From positions 124,001 to 188,000 of the forward strand of contig JAXLNO010000252.1 in the NCBI GenBank assembly GCA_038087875.1: DNA of 64,000 nt, given 5' to 3'. Positions within the stretch are counted from its first letter, which is position 1. Each line of letters starts with the position of its first letter. The stretch is from Malacoraja senta (taxonomy: Eukaryota). The position numbers and the translations under genes are program-made. This document shows positions 1 to 12,419 of the stretch, piece after piece. Below the pieces are notes generated by a model, which searched no databases, was not told the DNA's origin, and saw only the letters and a program-made list of their open reading frames with translations.

Positions 1-475
1 TCAATGTGATCATGTCTGGTCATCCACAATCAGTACCCCGTTCCTGCCTTCTCTCCATATCCCCTGACTCCGCTATCTCTAAGAGCTCTATCTAACTCTC
101 TCTTGAAAGCATCCAGCGAAACAGCCTCCACTGCCCTCTGAGGCAGAGAAATTCACAGATTCACAGCTCTCTGGGTGAAGAAGTGTTTCTTCATCTCCGT
201 TCTAAATGGCTGACCCTAATTCTTAAATTGTGGCTTCTGGTTCTGGACTCCCCCAACATCGGGAACACGTTTCCTGCCTCTAGCGTGTCCAGTCTCTTAG
301 TAATCTTATATGTTTCAATAAGATCTCCTCTCATTGTTCTAAATTCCAGAGTGTACAAACTCAGTCCCACCATCACACGAATTAACCTGGTGAACCGACG
401 CTGGGCTCCCTCAATAGCAAAAATGTTCTTCCTCAAATTTGGAGACCAAAACTGCACACAATGCTCCAGGTACTG
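1..475 (-). mobile_element. CR1 LINE 3' fragment
   Basis: LEHCVQFWSP...RGDLIETYK...SRTRSH motif and CR1 3' UTR. Confidence 0.85.
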
Positions 476-568
476 CATGCGTCAAGGTACTGCAGACGTC
501 AGGGTATTGCCGCGTCTGCAGGTATCTCCCTGCAGGTCAGTGGGGGAGAGGGTCCAGTGGGCACCTAC

Positions 569-688
569 CTCGTATGTGTCGCTGCAGCGAGCGGTACAGA
601 AGCCCCAGTCCAACGAGCGCTGCCACAACAGCCAGGAAAATGACCACAAATCCACCCATCCACTTGGACGTCCGAGGGAAGAACTCAT
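569..688 (-). CDS. Butyrophilin-like gene, linker plus transmembrane exon
   Basis: 120-nt exon flanked by cctgcag acceptor and GTAGGT donor, phase 1-1. Encodes (D)EFFPRTSKWMGGFVVIFLAVVAALVGLGLLYRSLQRHIR: a BTN-type FFP..S.W linker, a hydrophobic helix and a basic stop-transfer segment. In frame with the IgC exon. Confidence 0.8.
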
Positions 689-1221
689 CTGCAGGAGGCA
701 GGAGCGAGTCAAAGGTCAGGATACAGGACATCCCCTGGGGTCATGCACCCCCCTTGCCCTCCCCTCATCCACCTCCCCCTCCCACCCCAGCACCCCCCTT
801 CCCCCGCACCCCATCCATTGACTTGGCCACCTAGTCTGTGGCAATGAATTCACCAGATTCACCGCCCTCTGTCTAAAGAGATTCCTCCTCATCTCCTTCC
901 TAAAGACACTTCCTTTAATTCTGAGGCTGTGACCCTCTAGTGCTAGACTCTCCCACTAGTGGAGACATCCCTCCACATCCACTCCCTCTTCTCCCCTCTG
1001 CCATCAGGCAAAAGTTACAGAAGTGTGAAAACGCACACCTCCAGATTCAGGGACTGTTTCTTCCCAGCTGTTATCAGGCAACTGAATCATCCCACCACAA
1101 CCAGAGAGCGGTCCTGACCTCCCATCTACTTCATTGGTGACCATCGAGCTATCTTTGATCAGACTTTACTGGCTTTACCTTGCACTAAAACGTTATTCCC
1201 TGATCATGTATCTGTACACTG

Positions 1222-4200
1222 GAAAGAATGACTTCCGGTTGCGCCATGGAGCACTAAGGGCGCTGCATTGAGCTCCTCTCCCGTAAAAATCGCTAAAAAG
1301 CCGTTTTCAGAGACAGGATCGATTTTTAAAAACTCACCAGAGCTGCTTGGAGTCGTGTAAGTGACGTCATCAGAAATCAACGCGAAAATCGGGAGTTTTA
1401 AATGAGAAGAGAGAAAAGCTCACGAGCACCTAATAAAACCACTATAAGTCTCCAGCTTGAGAAAGTTTTGGATACTCTGCAAACGACAGATGAAAGCTCA
1501 GAAGAAGTCTTACAGCCAAGGATTTGTGCTTGAAATGGCTGTAAAAGGAGACAAGGAGAAGGAGGTGAAACAAATGCTTTTAGATATGACTGCTACAATC
1601 AATACTACACTGGAAAAGATGCAGAGTATGGAGTCTAATATGGAGACCAAAATGCAGAGTATGGAGACTAATATGGAGAGTATGGAGACTAATATGGAGA
1701 GAATCTCTCAAAAAATTGATGGTGCTTGTGGTGAGTTAAAGGAGCTGAAGAAGCAGTATAAGGAGTTTGATAAAAAATTAAAGTCAGAATGTGCTAAAAT
1801 GGAAAAAGACTATAATAAGAAATTTACTGATATACATGATAATATGGGGAAGTTTGATGAGCGAATGGAAGAGATGGAGAATGAAATTAAAGAGATGGCC
1901 ACGGAAATAAAGAGTTTGAAAAAAGCACAGAGATCTGAGGGGGAGCAGCTTGTGAGAATGACTGACAAATGTTTGGACTTGGAAGCGAGTTCGAGAAGGC
2001 AGAATTTGAGAATTGTTGGAGTAAGTGAAGGACGAGAGGGTCGTGGACCTCAAATACGTACTTTCGTTGCTGACTTACTTAAAGATGTTTTTAAACTGCC
2101 GGAATACCCAAGAATAGATATCGTTCACCGAGTTGGACGTGTTCCAAAAGGGACAAGTGCACCTCCAAGACAGATAATTGTGAAATTCCTCGACATCTCT
2201 TCAGTGGAATTTATATTGAATAAGATTACCCATGGGGAGAATCTGACATATCATGGGGATAATATTAAATTTTCCGTGATTATCCCCCTGAGGTCGTCCA
2301 GAAAAGGAACTTGTTTACACAGACAAGAAACATTCTGAAAGGAGTGCCCGATGTGAGATATGGGGTGGTTTACTCAGCAAAAATGAAGATTACTTATAAG
2401 GGCACTGAACGCTCATTTACAGATCCCAAAAAAGCTTTTAAGCACGCAGAGGTTATCGTAAAGAAAACATCGGGGGAAGATGTCGACAAGGAAGATGATT
2501 GAACTTTTTAACTTTTAAGACAGGGTTTTGAACTGGTTAAGATGGCGGAACTTTCCAGACAGTTACCAGATATGCTTATCTCTCTGGAATGTGTTTTCGA
2601 GCGTACTGTCCATGTTTCACCTTGAATGAAAAGCTTAAAGATAAACAAAAGGACGTTGAAGATACAGAATTAATGAGGGAATGAGATAATACTGATTGGA
2701 ATATAAAAAACTTGATTTAAGAAAATCTCTAATCATTATATTTTAATTATAATTAACCAATTATTTTAACAAATTTAACAATACTAATTATTTGTGAATG
2801 TATGTGGCAAATATGAATAAACCATGAGGCGGGGAAGGAGATAATGGGAGTGTACATAATTTTGATTTTATATATTTAAAATAGTTAAGGGAAAAGAACT
2901 AATATTGATGACATATACTTATAAATAGTAACTAATGAAAATGTTTATAACAATACTAACAAACTAATACTGTGTGGGAAGGAGTCAGGCGCAGTATACA
3001 CTTGGAGAAGATCCAGAAGTTTTGTTTTGTTTAACCCCTGGGTACCTGCTTGTATTATAGTTAAAGAATGGGATATTATGTAAGAATTTTGGGTGGATAT
3101 ATATGGTAAAGTTTAGACTAGATTAAGTTTAGATAAATTGGAAAGGCATATATACTTATAGAACTGAACATACGTTGTGTTTTATATATATATATTTTTT
3201 TTAAATTTCTTTTTCTGAACTCTTTCGGTTTTTACTGGTGCTGGTTTGATAAATTTATATAAGAAAAGACAACATATGAAACGGTCTGTAGCTTTTCATG
3301 AGGCTCTGCTGAGGGGTTGGAGCTCAATGTACAACAACATCAATGGAAGTTCATAAATTTTTCGCCACCTTAGGTGGCTATTCGTTTTTAAGGTATCTTT
3401 TCTTAGATACCTTAACATCACTTTAAAAAAAAAATCACTATAAAGATTTCTATTTGCTTATTTTTTTTGTAATCAATTTTATATCACATTTTGTCTTTCT
3501 TTTTCTAAGGCACTATACAGGAAGGAGATGTAATATAAATCTAAAAACTCGGGATGACCACCCAACACCCAGAATTCTGAGGTATTTGGTTGCACCATAT
3601 GATTCAAGAATACTATACTGATATATAATGCAAGACGATAGACAAATAAAGAATGGAGGAATTACATTTTGTAGTTGGAATATAAGGGGTGCCAATGAAC
3701 CAATTAAGAGGGGTAAAATTTTTGCTCAATTTAAATCTTTGAAATGCGACATAATGTTTTTGCGGGAAACGCACATGAAACAACAAACACAGATGAGATT
3801 AAAGGCGAAGTGGATAGGTCAAACATACTATTCTTCATTTACTTCTAAATCTAGAGGTACGGCTATTCTTATTCGAAAAGGTATACCCTTTAAATTAAAG
3901 AATACTATATCAGATAAAGAGGGAAGGTATATTATAGTTTCGGGATAAATTTATGCAACCCCACTAACTATGATAAATATTTACGCTCCGAATTTTGACA
4001 AACCCCAATTTTTTAATAAAATTATAGATATAATATCAGAGTTTAATTACCAAAATGTAATAATAGGGGGGAATTCAATTGTGTTATAGATCCATATTTA
4101 GACAAATCAGCAAAACAAAGGAGGGGTAATTTAATATTTAAGACTAGTGAACTTCTAAATACATATATAAAAAACACTAATATAACAGATGTATGGAGAA

Positions 4201-7200
4201 CTGCTAATCCAGTTGGAAGGGAATACTTGTTTTACTCATCGATACATAAAACTTATTCACGAATTGATTATTTTTTAGTGGATATGAAATTAATGCCATA
4301 TACAATTGATCCAACATACCACATCAGTAGTATTTCTGATAATTCCCCGTTGACATTTTTAGTAAAATTCGAGGGAATGCCGGGTAAAAAATCTTTTTGG
4401 AGGTTTAATACACAAATTTTAAACGACTTACAAGGTTATCAATATTTAAAACAACAAATGAAACTTTTTTTTGAGACAAATGATACACCAGGTATTTCGC
4501 CTTCTTTATTATGGGAGACTTTCAAGGCATTTATTAGAGGAATTATAATTTCATATCAAATTTTTCAAAATAAAAAGAATAAGACAGAACAAATGTTGCT
4601 AGAACAAGAAATTAGACAGTTAGAGTTAGATAATGCCAAAGATTCTACTACAGATAAACATAATAAGATAATACTACTGAAATTTAAACTTAATCGAATT
4701 TTATCGGCAAGAATAATAAGATTATTCCAAATTACAAAACAGGAACATTTTGAATTTGGTGACAAACCACATAAGCTTTTAGCTCGTCAATTGAAAAAAC
4801 AAGAAAAGGAAAATACTATAACTAAAATTAAATCACAGAAAGGTGAATTACTAATATTACCTAAAGATATTAACAATAGATTTGCTCAATTTTATCAAAA
4901 TTTATATACATCTAAAAATAAAATAGAAGATGGTAAAATTATAAATTTTTTAGATAACTGTAATCTTCCAAAACTTGATCTTTCGGAACAAGAGGAACTT
5001 GGAGCTCAGATTACACTCGAAGAAATAGGTGAAACAATAAAATCGTTGAAAAATGGTAAGACACCTGGACCAGATGGTTTAATAATAGATTTTATAGAAA
5101 ATTTGATGAGATAACGACTCCATATTTATTTAATTTATATACTCACGCTTTTAAAGAAAATAAACTACCTGAAACATTAGCAGAATCAACTATTACGCTT
5201 ATTCCAAAAAAAGATAAAGATTTAGACGATCCGGGCTCATATAGAGCTATATCACTTTTAAATACAGACCAGAAAATTTTAGCAAAGACTTTAGCAAGAA
5301 GATTGAGTAAATATATTAGTAAATTGATAAACCCAGAGAAACAATTGATATACCCAAAAGACATTCATTTAATAATTTGAGACGTCTGTTTAATATAATG
5401 TACTCACATAAAACGGAGGAAGAAGATATATCAATTGTTTCTCTGGACGCAGAGAAAGCATTTGATCAGGTAGTGTGGCAGTATTTATATAAAGTACTGC
5501 AAACATTTAATATGGGAGAGAATTTTATTGCATGGGTAAAATTATTATATGACAAACCGATGGCAAGAATATTAACCAATAATATGTTATCTCAAAAATT
5601 TCAATTATCAAGGGGCAATAGGCAGGGATGTGCGTTATCACCCCTGCTATTTGCCCTTATGATAGAGCCCCTGGCTGAAAGTATAAGAATTCATCCGAAT
5701 ATCCAGGGATACAATACTAGGGACTCAAATAATAAAATTTCATTATATGCAGACGATATACTTCTATATATTACAAATTCACAAACGAGCATATCAAATT
5801 TAATAGAGGAATTCGGGTCCTTTTCTGGATATAGAATAAACTGGAATAAAAGTGAAATCATGACGTTAAAACCTCAAGAATCTACACACTTATTGAAATT
5901 CCCCTTTAAAATTGCAACAGAAAAATTTAAATATTTGGGTATTCAAATTACTAGAAAATATAAAGCATTATTCAACGCTAATTTTATGCCTTTATTAAAT
6001 AAACTCAACACGTTGATTAAATTTTGGAAAATCCTTCCTTTATCATTAATAGGTAGAATAAACGCTATAAAAATGATCTTTCTACCACAATTATTATACC
6101 TATTTCAATCTATACCATTATATATACCAAATATATATTTTTTTAAATTAGACTCTAATATTACTAATTTTATTTGGGATTATAGATCACACAAAATTAA
6201 AAAAAAAACACTTATGTAAACCAAAAGATGTCGGGGGACTTTCACTCCCGAATTTGTTGTATTACTATTGGGCAGTGCATATTAAGAATATAATTTACTG
6301 GTTGGACAGTTCTACCCAACAGACAGAATGGATAAGAATGGAGAAAGAGGATTGTTTTCCTTGTAATATAGGAACGATCCTCTTCTCCCCGAAAAAACTG
6401 AACAACACAATATATAAGAAGAACCCAATTATACACGATACAATAAGAATTTGGAAACATATGAAATTATCTTTAAATTTAAGAAATCTATCATTTTTAA
6501 TGCCAATAGCGAATAATCCTTTATTTAAACCATCTCTTATTGATAAAACATATAACCAATGGGAAAGAATGGGAATTAAAAGGATCGGTGATATGTATGA
6601 AATGTGAAATCTATTATCATTCCAAAAATTACAATTAAAATTTAAACTGAAAAATAACCAATATTTTAAATATCTCCAGATTTGCGATTTCATAAAGAAA
6701 TACATACAAGGATATCAAAAAATAACTTTTGATTTACTGGAAGAAGCAATGAATATTAAGGCTGACTCACAGAAATTAATATCATATTTATATAATAGTA
6801 TTTTAAATATAGACTTACCATCGACAGAGGTACTTAGAGAAGAGTGGGAACGGGAATTAATGATAAAAATTACGAAGGTTACATGGGAAAAGTATTTGAT
6901 ATATATATACACAAATGTTCGATTAATGCAAGACATAATTTAATTCAATTTAAAATTTTACATAGATTATATTTTTCAAAAACTAGATTGAATAAATTTT
7001 ATCCAAATATATCCCCCATTTGTGATAAATGTCTATCCCAAAACGCAACTATAACGCACTCTTTCGTTTCCTGTATAAAACTTCATAAGTTTTGAAGTGA
7101 TATTTTTGAAATATTTACAAAATTATTCAAGATAAAAATGGAACCTAATACTGAAATGATTATATTTGGAGTAATGGAAGATGGGAATAAATTGAACTAA

Positions 7201-9237
7201 TCTCAACATTTATTTTTTAATTATGGTTTAATAATAGTATAAAAACTAATACTTAAATTCTGGAAAAATACACCAATACCAACGCTTAAAATGTGGATTT
7301 CAAGCATGTTGGACACCGCACATCTTGAGGAAATGCGATTCCTCCTAATAGATAGATCAGACCAATTCTTAACGAGTTGGTCTCCATTTGTCGTCTTTTT
7401 GAAAGCATATGGTGCAACATAATTGTAGAAGCTAACTGTTCCAGGACTGGGCGAGGGATGGTCAAGACTATAAATAATGATCTCCTTATTTTTATTTTTT
7501 TATTTGCTACTCTCTTTTTTTCTATTTTCTTTTCTTAAATTTTCTTCTTTCACTCTTTTTTTTTCTTTTTCACGCACTATATATCTCACGTTTTTCTATC
7601 TTTTATTATCTACTTTCTTTTTCTTTTCCTTCTTTATTATAATAAAAAAATAAGAAGCTGTACATAAAATGTATTATGTCAATATATATTACGCACTTTG
7701 GTGCCATATATATATATATTTTTAATTAGAAGTAAGTACAATTGTATACAATCATATTTTCATAATGCATATTATGTACAGCTTCTTATTTTTATAATAA
7801 AGGAGAAAAAGAAAAAGAAGTTAGATAATGAAAAATAGAAAAATGTGAGATATATAGTGTGTTAAAAAGGAAAATAGAGAGTGAAAGAAGAAAGTTAAGA
7901 AATAGAAAATAGCAAAAAGAAAGTAAAAGAAAAAAAAGAAAGAAAAAGAAAAAAAAAGAAGTAAGGAGATCTTATTTATAATCTTGACCATCCCTCGCCC
8001 AGTCACGAGTTAGCTTTTACAATTGTATTGCAACACATGATTCCAAAAAGACGACAAATGGAGACCAACTCGTTGTGAATTGGTCAAATTTATCTATTAG
8101 GAGGAATCGCATTTCCTCAAGATGTGCGGTGTCCAACATACTTGCAATCCACATTTTGAGCGTTGGTATCGGTGTATTTTTCCAAAATTTCAATATTAAT
8201 TTTCTAGCTATTATTAAACCATAATTAAAAAATATTTTTTGAGATGGATTCAATTTATTCCCGTCTTCCATTACCCCAAATATAATCAATTCATTATTAG
8301 GTTCCATTTTTATCTTAAATAATGTTGTGAATATTTCAAAAATATCACTCCAAAATCTATGAAGTTTTATACAGGAAACAAAAGAGTGTGTTATAGTTGC
8401 ATCTTGGGTTAAACATTTATCGCAAGTGGGGGATATATTTGGGTAAAATTTATTTAATCTTATTTTTGAGTAATACAATCTATGTAAAATTTTAAATTGA
8501 ATTAGATTATGTCTTGCATTAATCGAACATTTGTGAATATATGTCAAATACTTTTCCGATGTAACCTTCGTAATTTTTATCGTTAATTCCCGTTCCCACT
8601 CTTCTCTAATTACCTCACGCAGGTAAATCTATATTTAAAATACTATTATATAAATATGATATTAATTTTTGTGTATCAGCTTTAATATTCATTACTTCTT
8701 CCAATAAATCAGGATTTATTTTTTGATATCCCTGTATATATATGTCTTCAAGAAATTGCAAATCTGAAAATATTTAAAATAATGATTGTTTTTCAGTTTA
8801 AATTTTAATTGTAATTGTTGAAATGATAGTAAATCTCCCATTTCATACATGTCCCCGATCCTTTTAATTCCTAAACTTTCCCATTGATTAAATATTTTGT
8901 CCATCATAGATGGTTTAAATAAAGGATTATTCACTATCGGTGTTAACAGTGATAGGTTTCTTAATTTTAAGGATAATTTTATTTGTTTCCATATTCTTAT
9001 TGTATCCTGTATAATTGGGTTCTTCTTATATATTGTATTGTTCATTTTTTTCGGGGAGAAGAGGATCGTTCCTATATTACAAGGGTAACAATCCTCTTTC
9101 TCCATTTTTATCCATTCTGTCTGTTGGGTTGAACTATCCAACCAGTAAATTATATTCTTAATATGTATTGCCCAATAGTTTGGTGCCATATGATTGTACT
9201 TCTAATAAAATAAAAATATTTAATTTTTTTTTTTTAA
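1222..9237 (+). mobile_element. Full-length degenerate L1 retrotransposon (ORF1 about 1489-2502, ORF2 about 3628-7428), with its 3' UTR interrupted by a second L1
   Basis: ORF1 has a coiled coil plus the RRQNLRIVGV motif. ORF2 has APE (SWNIRG, YSRIDYFL), RT (SLDAEKAFD, QGCALSP, YADD) and a Cys-rich tail, with several frameshifts and stops. AATAAA at 9204. Near-TSD atctgt(a/g)cactg at 1210-1221 and 9238-9249. Confidence 0.92.
7710..9178 (-). mobile_element. 5'-truncated L1 of the same family, inserted antisense into the first L1
   Basis: ORFs 8716-9189 and 8017-8547 closely match ORF2 C-terminal peptides of the plus-strand L1. Exact 13-bp TSD tttggtgccatat at 7697-7709 and 9179-9191. Confidence 0.92.
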
Positions 9238-9329
9238 ATCTGTGCACTGTGAATGGCTCGATTGTAATCACGTATTGTCTTTCTGCTGACTGGTTAGTAC
9301 GCAACAAAAGCTTATCAATGTACCTCAGT

Positions 9330-10150
9330 ACACAATAGACAATAGGTGCAGGAGTAGGCCATTCAGCCCTTCGAGCCAGCACCGCCATTTACTGTGATCA
9401 CGGCTGATCATCCACAATCAGTACCCCGTTCCTCCCTTCTCCCCATATCCCCTGACTCCGCTATCTTTAAGAGCTCTATCTAACTCTCTCTTGAAAGCAT
9501 CCAGAGAATTGGCCCCCACCGCCCTCTGAGGCAGAGAATTCCACAGACTCACAATTCTCTGATCCTTCTAAACTCCAGAGTATACAAGCCCAGCTGCTCC
9601 ATTCTATCAACATATGACAGTCCCGCCATCCCGGGAATTAACCTGGTGAACCTACGCTGCACTCCCTCAATAGCAAGAATGTCCTTCCTCAAATTTGGAG
9701 ACCAAAACTGCACACAATACTCCAGGTGTGGTCTCAATAGGGCCCTGTACAACTACAGAAGGACCTCTTTGCTCCTATACTCAACTCCTCTTCACTGCCT
9801 GCTGTACCAGCATGCTTACTTTCAGTGAGTAATGAACAAGGACACCCAGATCCCGTTGTACTTCCCCTTTTCCCAACTTGACGCCATTTAGATAGTAATC
9901 TGCCTTCCTGTTTTTCTACCAAAGTGGATAACCTCACATTTATCCACATTAAACTGCATGTGCCATGCATCTGCCCACTCTCCCAACCTGTCCAAGTCAC
10001 TCTGTATCCTCATAGCATCCTCCTCACAGTTCACTCTGCCACCCGGCTTTGTGTCATCTGCAAATTTGCTAATGTTACTTTGAATCCCTTCATCCAAATC
10101 ATCAATAATCTGCCTTCCTGTTTTGCCACCAAAGTGGACAACCTCACATT
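9330..10150 (-). mobile_element. CR1 LINE fragment in the butyrophilin IgC-TM intron
   Basis: KFADDTK, FNVDKCEVIHFG and RPHLEYCVQFWSP peptides plus 3' UTR. Confidence 0.85.
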
Positions 10151-10183
10151 GATCCATCCCCATGTCCGTCGGTGAGCTCTGAC

Positions 10184-10468
10184 CTGGTACGTGGAAGTCG
10201 GTGGAGACAGTCTGCTTGGCGTCCGCTCCGGTTATCAGATACTGGTAATCGCTGCCACAGTGGGCCGTCACCTCCACGATGCTGTTCACGTTGAAGAAAC
10301 TCTTGGCGTTCTGCTCGCTCGTGGTTATGGGCTGCCGGGACACTTCCCAGCCCTGGCGCAGCCTCCACACCACCGTGGGCTGGGGGTACCAGCGCTGGGA
10401 GTCACACACCAGCTGCACCCCGCCCTCCGTGTACTCCAGCAGGTTGACGGAGGGGAGCTCGCCCAGAC
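10184..10468 (-). CDS. Butyrophilin-like gene, IgC-type domain exon
   Basis: 285-nt exon (ctccacag / GTCAGA), phase 1-1, open. LGELPSVNLLEYTEGGVQLVCDSQRWYPQPTVVW...FFNVNSIVEV...DFHVP matches the B7/BTN second Ig domain. Confidence 0.88.
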
Positions 10469-10624
10469 CTGTGGAGACAGCACCCATGGGTGGCCTGGGT
10501 CAGCCAGTGGGGGGATGGGGGGAGGGGTGGAGGGGAATTCCAATGGGTGCCCTGGGCCAGGATGGGAGTGGGGTACCAACTTCCCATTGGCCAGTTGGAG
10601 AGAAAAAACAGCATCCATGGGTGA

Positions 10625-11080
10625 CAATAGACAACAGGTGCAGGAGTAGGCCATTCGGCCCTACGAGCCAGCACCACAATTCAATGTAATCATGGCTGAT
10701 CATCCCCAATCAGTACCCCGTTCCTGCCTTCTCCCCATATCCCCTGATACCGCTATTTTTACGAGCCCTATCTAGCTCTCTCTTGAAAGCATCCAGGGAA
10801 CCTGCCTCCACCGCCCTCTGAGGCAGAGAATTCCACAGACTCACCACTCTCTGTGAGAAAAAGTGTTTCCTCGTCTCCGTTCTAAATGGCTTACGCCTTA
10901 TTCTTAAACTGTGGCCCCTGGCTCTGGACTCCCCCAACATCGGGAACATGTTTCCTGCCTCTAGCGTGTCCAAGCCCTTAACAATCTTACATGTTTCAAT
11001 AAGATGCCCTCTCATCCTAAACTCAAGAGTGTACAAGCCCAGCTGCTCCATTCTCTCAGCATATGACAGTCCCGCCATCC
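10625..11080 (-). mobile_element. CR1 LINE 3' fragment in the IgV-IgC intron
   Basis: GMAGLSYAERMEQLGL...VSLWNSLP peptide and CR1 3' UTR. Confidence 0.85.
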
Positions 11081-11264
11081 CGTCCACGTGATAGATGTGG
11101 CCCGCCATCCGCTCACAGACACGTGTAACCGGCCCCGATGCAGAACAAGGTTGCCCACCCCTGATCTAAGGAAAGACATTGAAGCAAAGACAAACATGAA
11201 TCCTTCGACACAAAGCATGCCAACCAAATGGGCACATCTAGGGTGTAACGTAGCGACAACTCAC

Positions 11265-11609
11265 TCAGTACGCCCAGTTCAACGTTGGAATCGTGGTTGA
11301 TGTCGGACTCGAACTCCACGAAGCAGTTGAAGAAGCCTTGGTCCAACAGGTGGACATTCTGCAGCAACAGCGATACGTTGCCCAAGGCAAAGTTTTGGCT
11401 GAACAGGTGGGTCCTGCCCTGGAAGCTGGCGTCCTGCTGCTCATTCTCATCCTGCCCGTTGCGGTAGAGGTGAACGAGCGCCCCCTCCTTAGTCCAACGG
11501 ATCTCCTTGATCTTCAAGTCCAACACCGGCGTCACCTGGCATTCCAGCACCACCTGGGAACCCACCTGTACCTGGATCAGGTAGGTGGAGCAGATCACCT
11601 TGAACCCGT
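11265..11609 (-). CDS. Butyrophilin-like gene, IgV domain exon
   Basis: 345-nt exon (ttcattcag / GTGAGT), phase 1-1, open. VVLECQ, IRW, LVHLYRNGQD...QDASFQGRTHLF...GNVSLLLQNV...DQGFFNCFV is a canonical BTN/MOG/B7 IgV. Confidence 0.92.
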
Positions 11610-11611
11610 CT

Positions 11612-12235
11612 GAATGAATGAATGAGTTTATTGGCCAAGTATTCACATACAAGGAATTTGCCTTGGTGCTCCACCTGCAAGTAACAACATGACATACAGT
11701 GACAATTAAGAATGACACATAAAACATTAAACATAAATAATAAAACATTATCGATTAAACATGTGAATTAAATAAAGTACCAGAGTAAAAGGAGGCTACA
11801 GATTTTTGGTTTTTGAGTAGAGCTACTACTCGTGGAAAAAAAGCTGTTTTTATGTCTGGCTGTGGCAACTTTGACAGTCCGGAGTCGCCTTCCAGAGGGA
11901 AGTGATTCAAAGAGTTTGTGGCCAGGGTGAGAGGGGTCAGAGATGATCTTGCCCGCTCGCTTCCTGGCCCTTGCAGTGTACAGTTCGTCAATGGAGGGAA
12001 GGTTGCAGCCAATAAACTTCTCTGCTGATCGGATGATTCGCTGCAGCCTCCAGGTGTCGTGCTTGGTGGCTGAGCCAAACCAGACCATGATGGAGAAGGT
12101 GAGGACAGACTCTACAATGGCTGTATAGAATTGGACCATCATTGCCTGTGGCAGATTGTGCTTCCTCAGCTGCCGCAGGAAGTACATCCTCTGTTGGGCC
12201 TGTTTGACTGTGGAGTCGATGGTGGCCCCCCATTT
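11612..12235 (-). mobile_element. Rex1/Babar-type LINE 3' portion
   Basis: AQQRMYFLRQLRK...FYTAIVESVLT...DPSHPGH.LF..LPSGRR C-terminus; ends in AATAAA plus an (ATTC)n tail abutting the IgV exon. Confidence 0.8.
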
Positions 12236-12419
12236 AAGGCAGCGAATTGTGGACGCAGCCCAGACCATCACACACAAAACAAACTTCCTTCCATTGACTG
12301 CATCTACACCTCACTCTGCCTTGGCAAGGCCAGCAGCATCATCAAGGACCAATCTCACCCCGGTCACTCCCTCTTCTCCCCTCTCCCATCGGGAACTTGC
12401 GGGCACCATATCTGTGCTA

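Noticed and set aside
470..568. Possible next butyrophilin exon after a ctgacctgcag acceptor at about 530
   Set aside because: It would need a 39-nt intron, too short for typical vertebrate splicing, and the frame runs into CR1 sequence.
183..821. 212-aa plus-strand ORF and similar ORFs antisense to CR1
   Set aside because: Antisense read-through of CR1 and of the TM exon; no recognisable domain.
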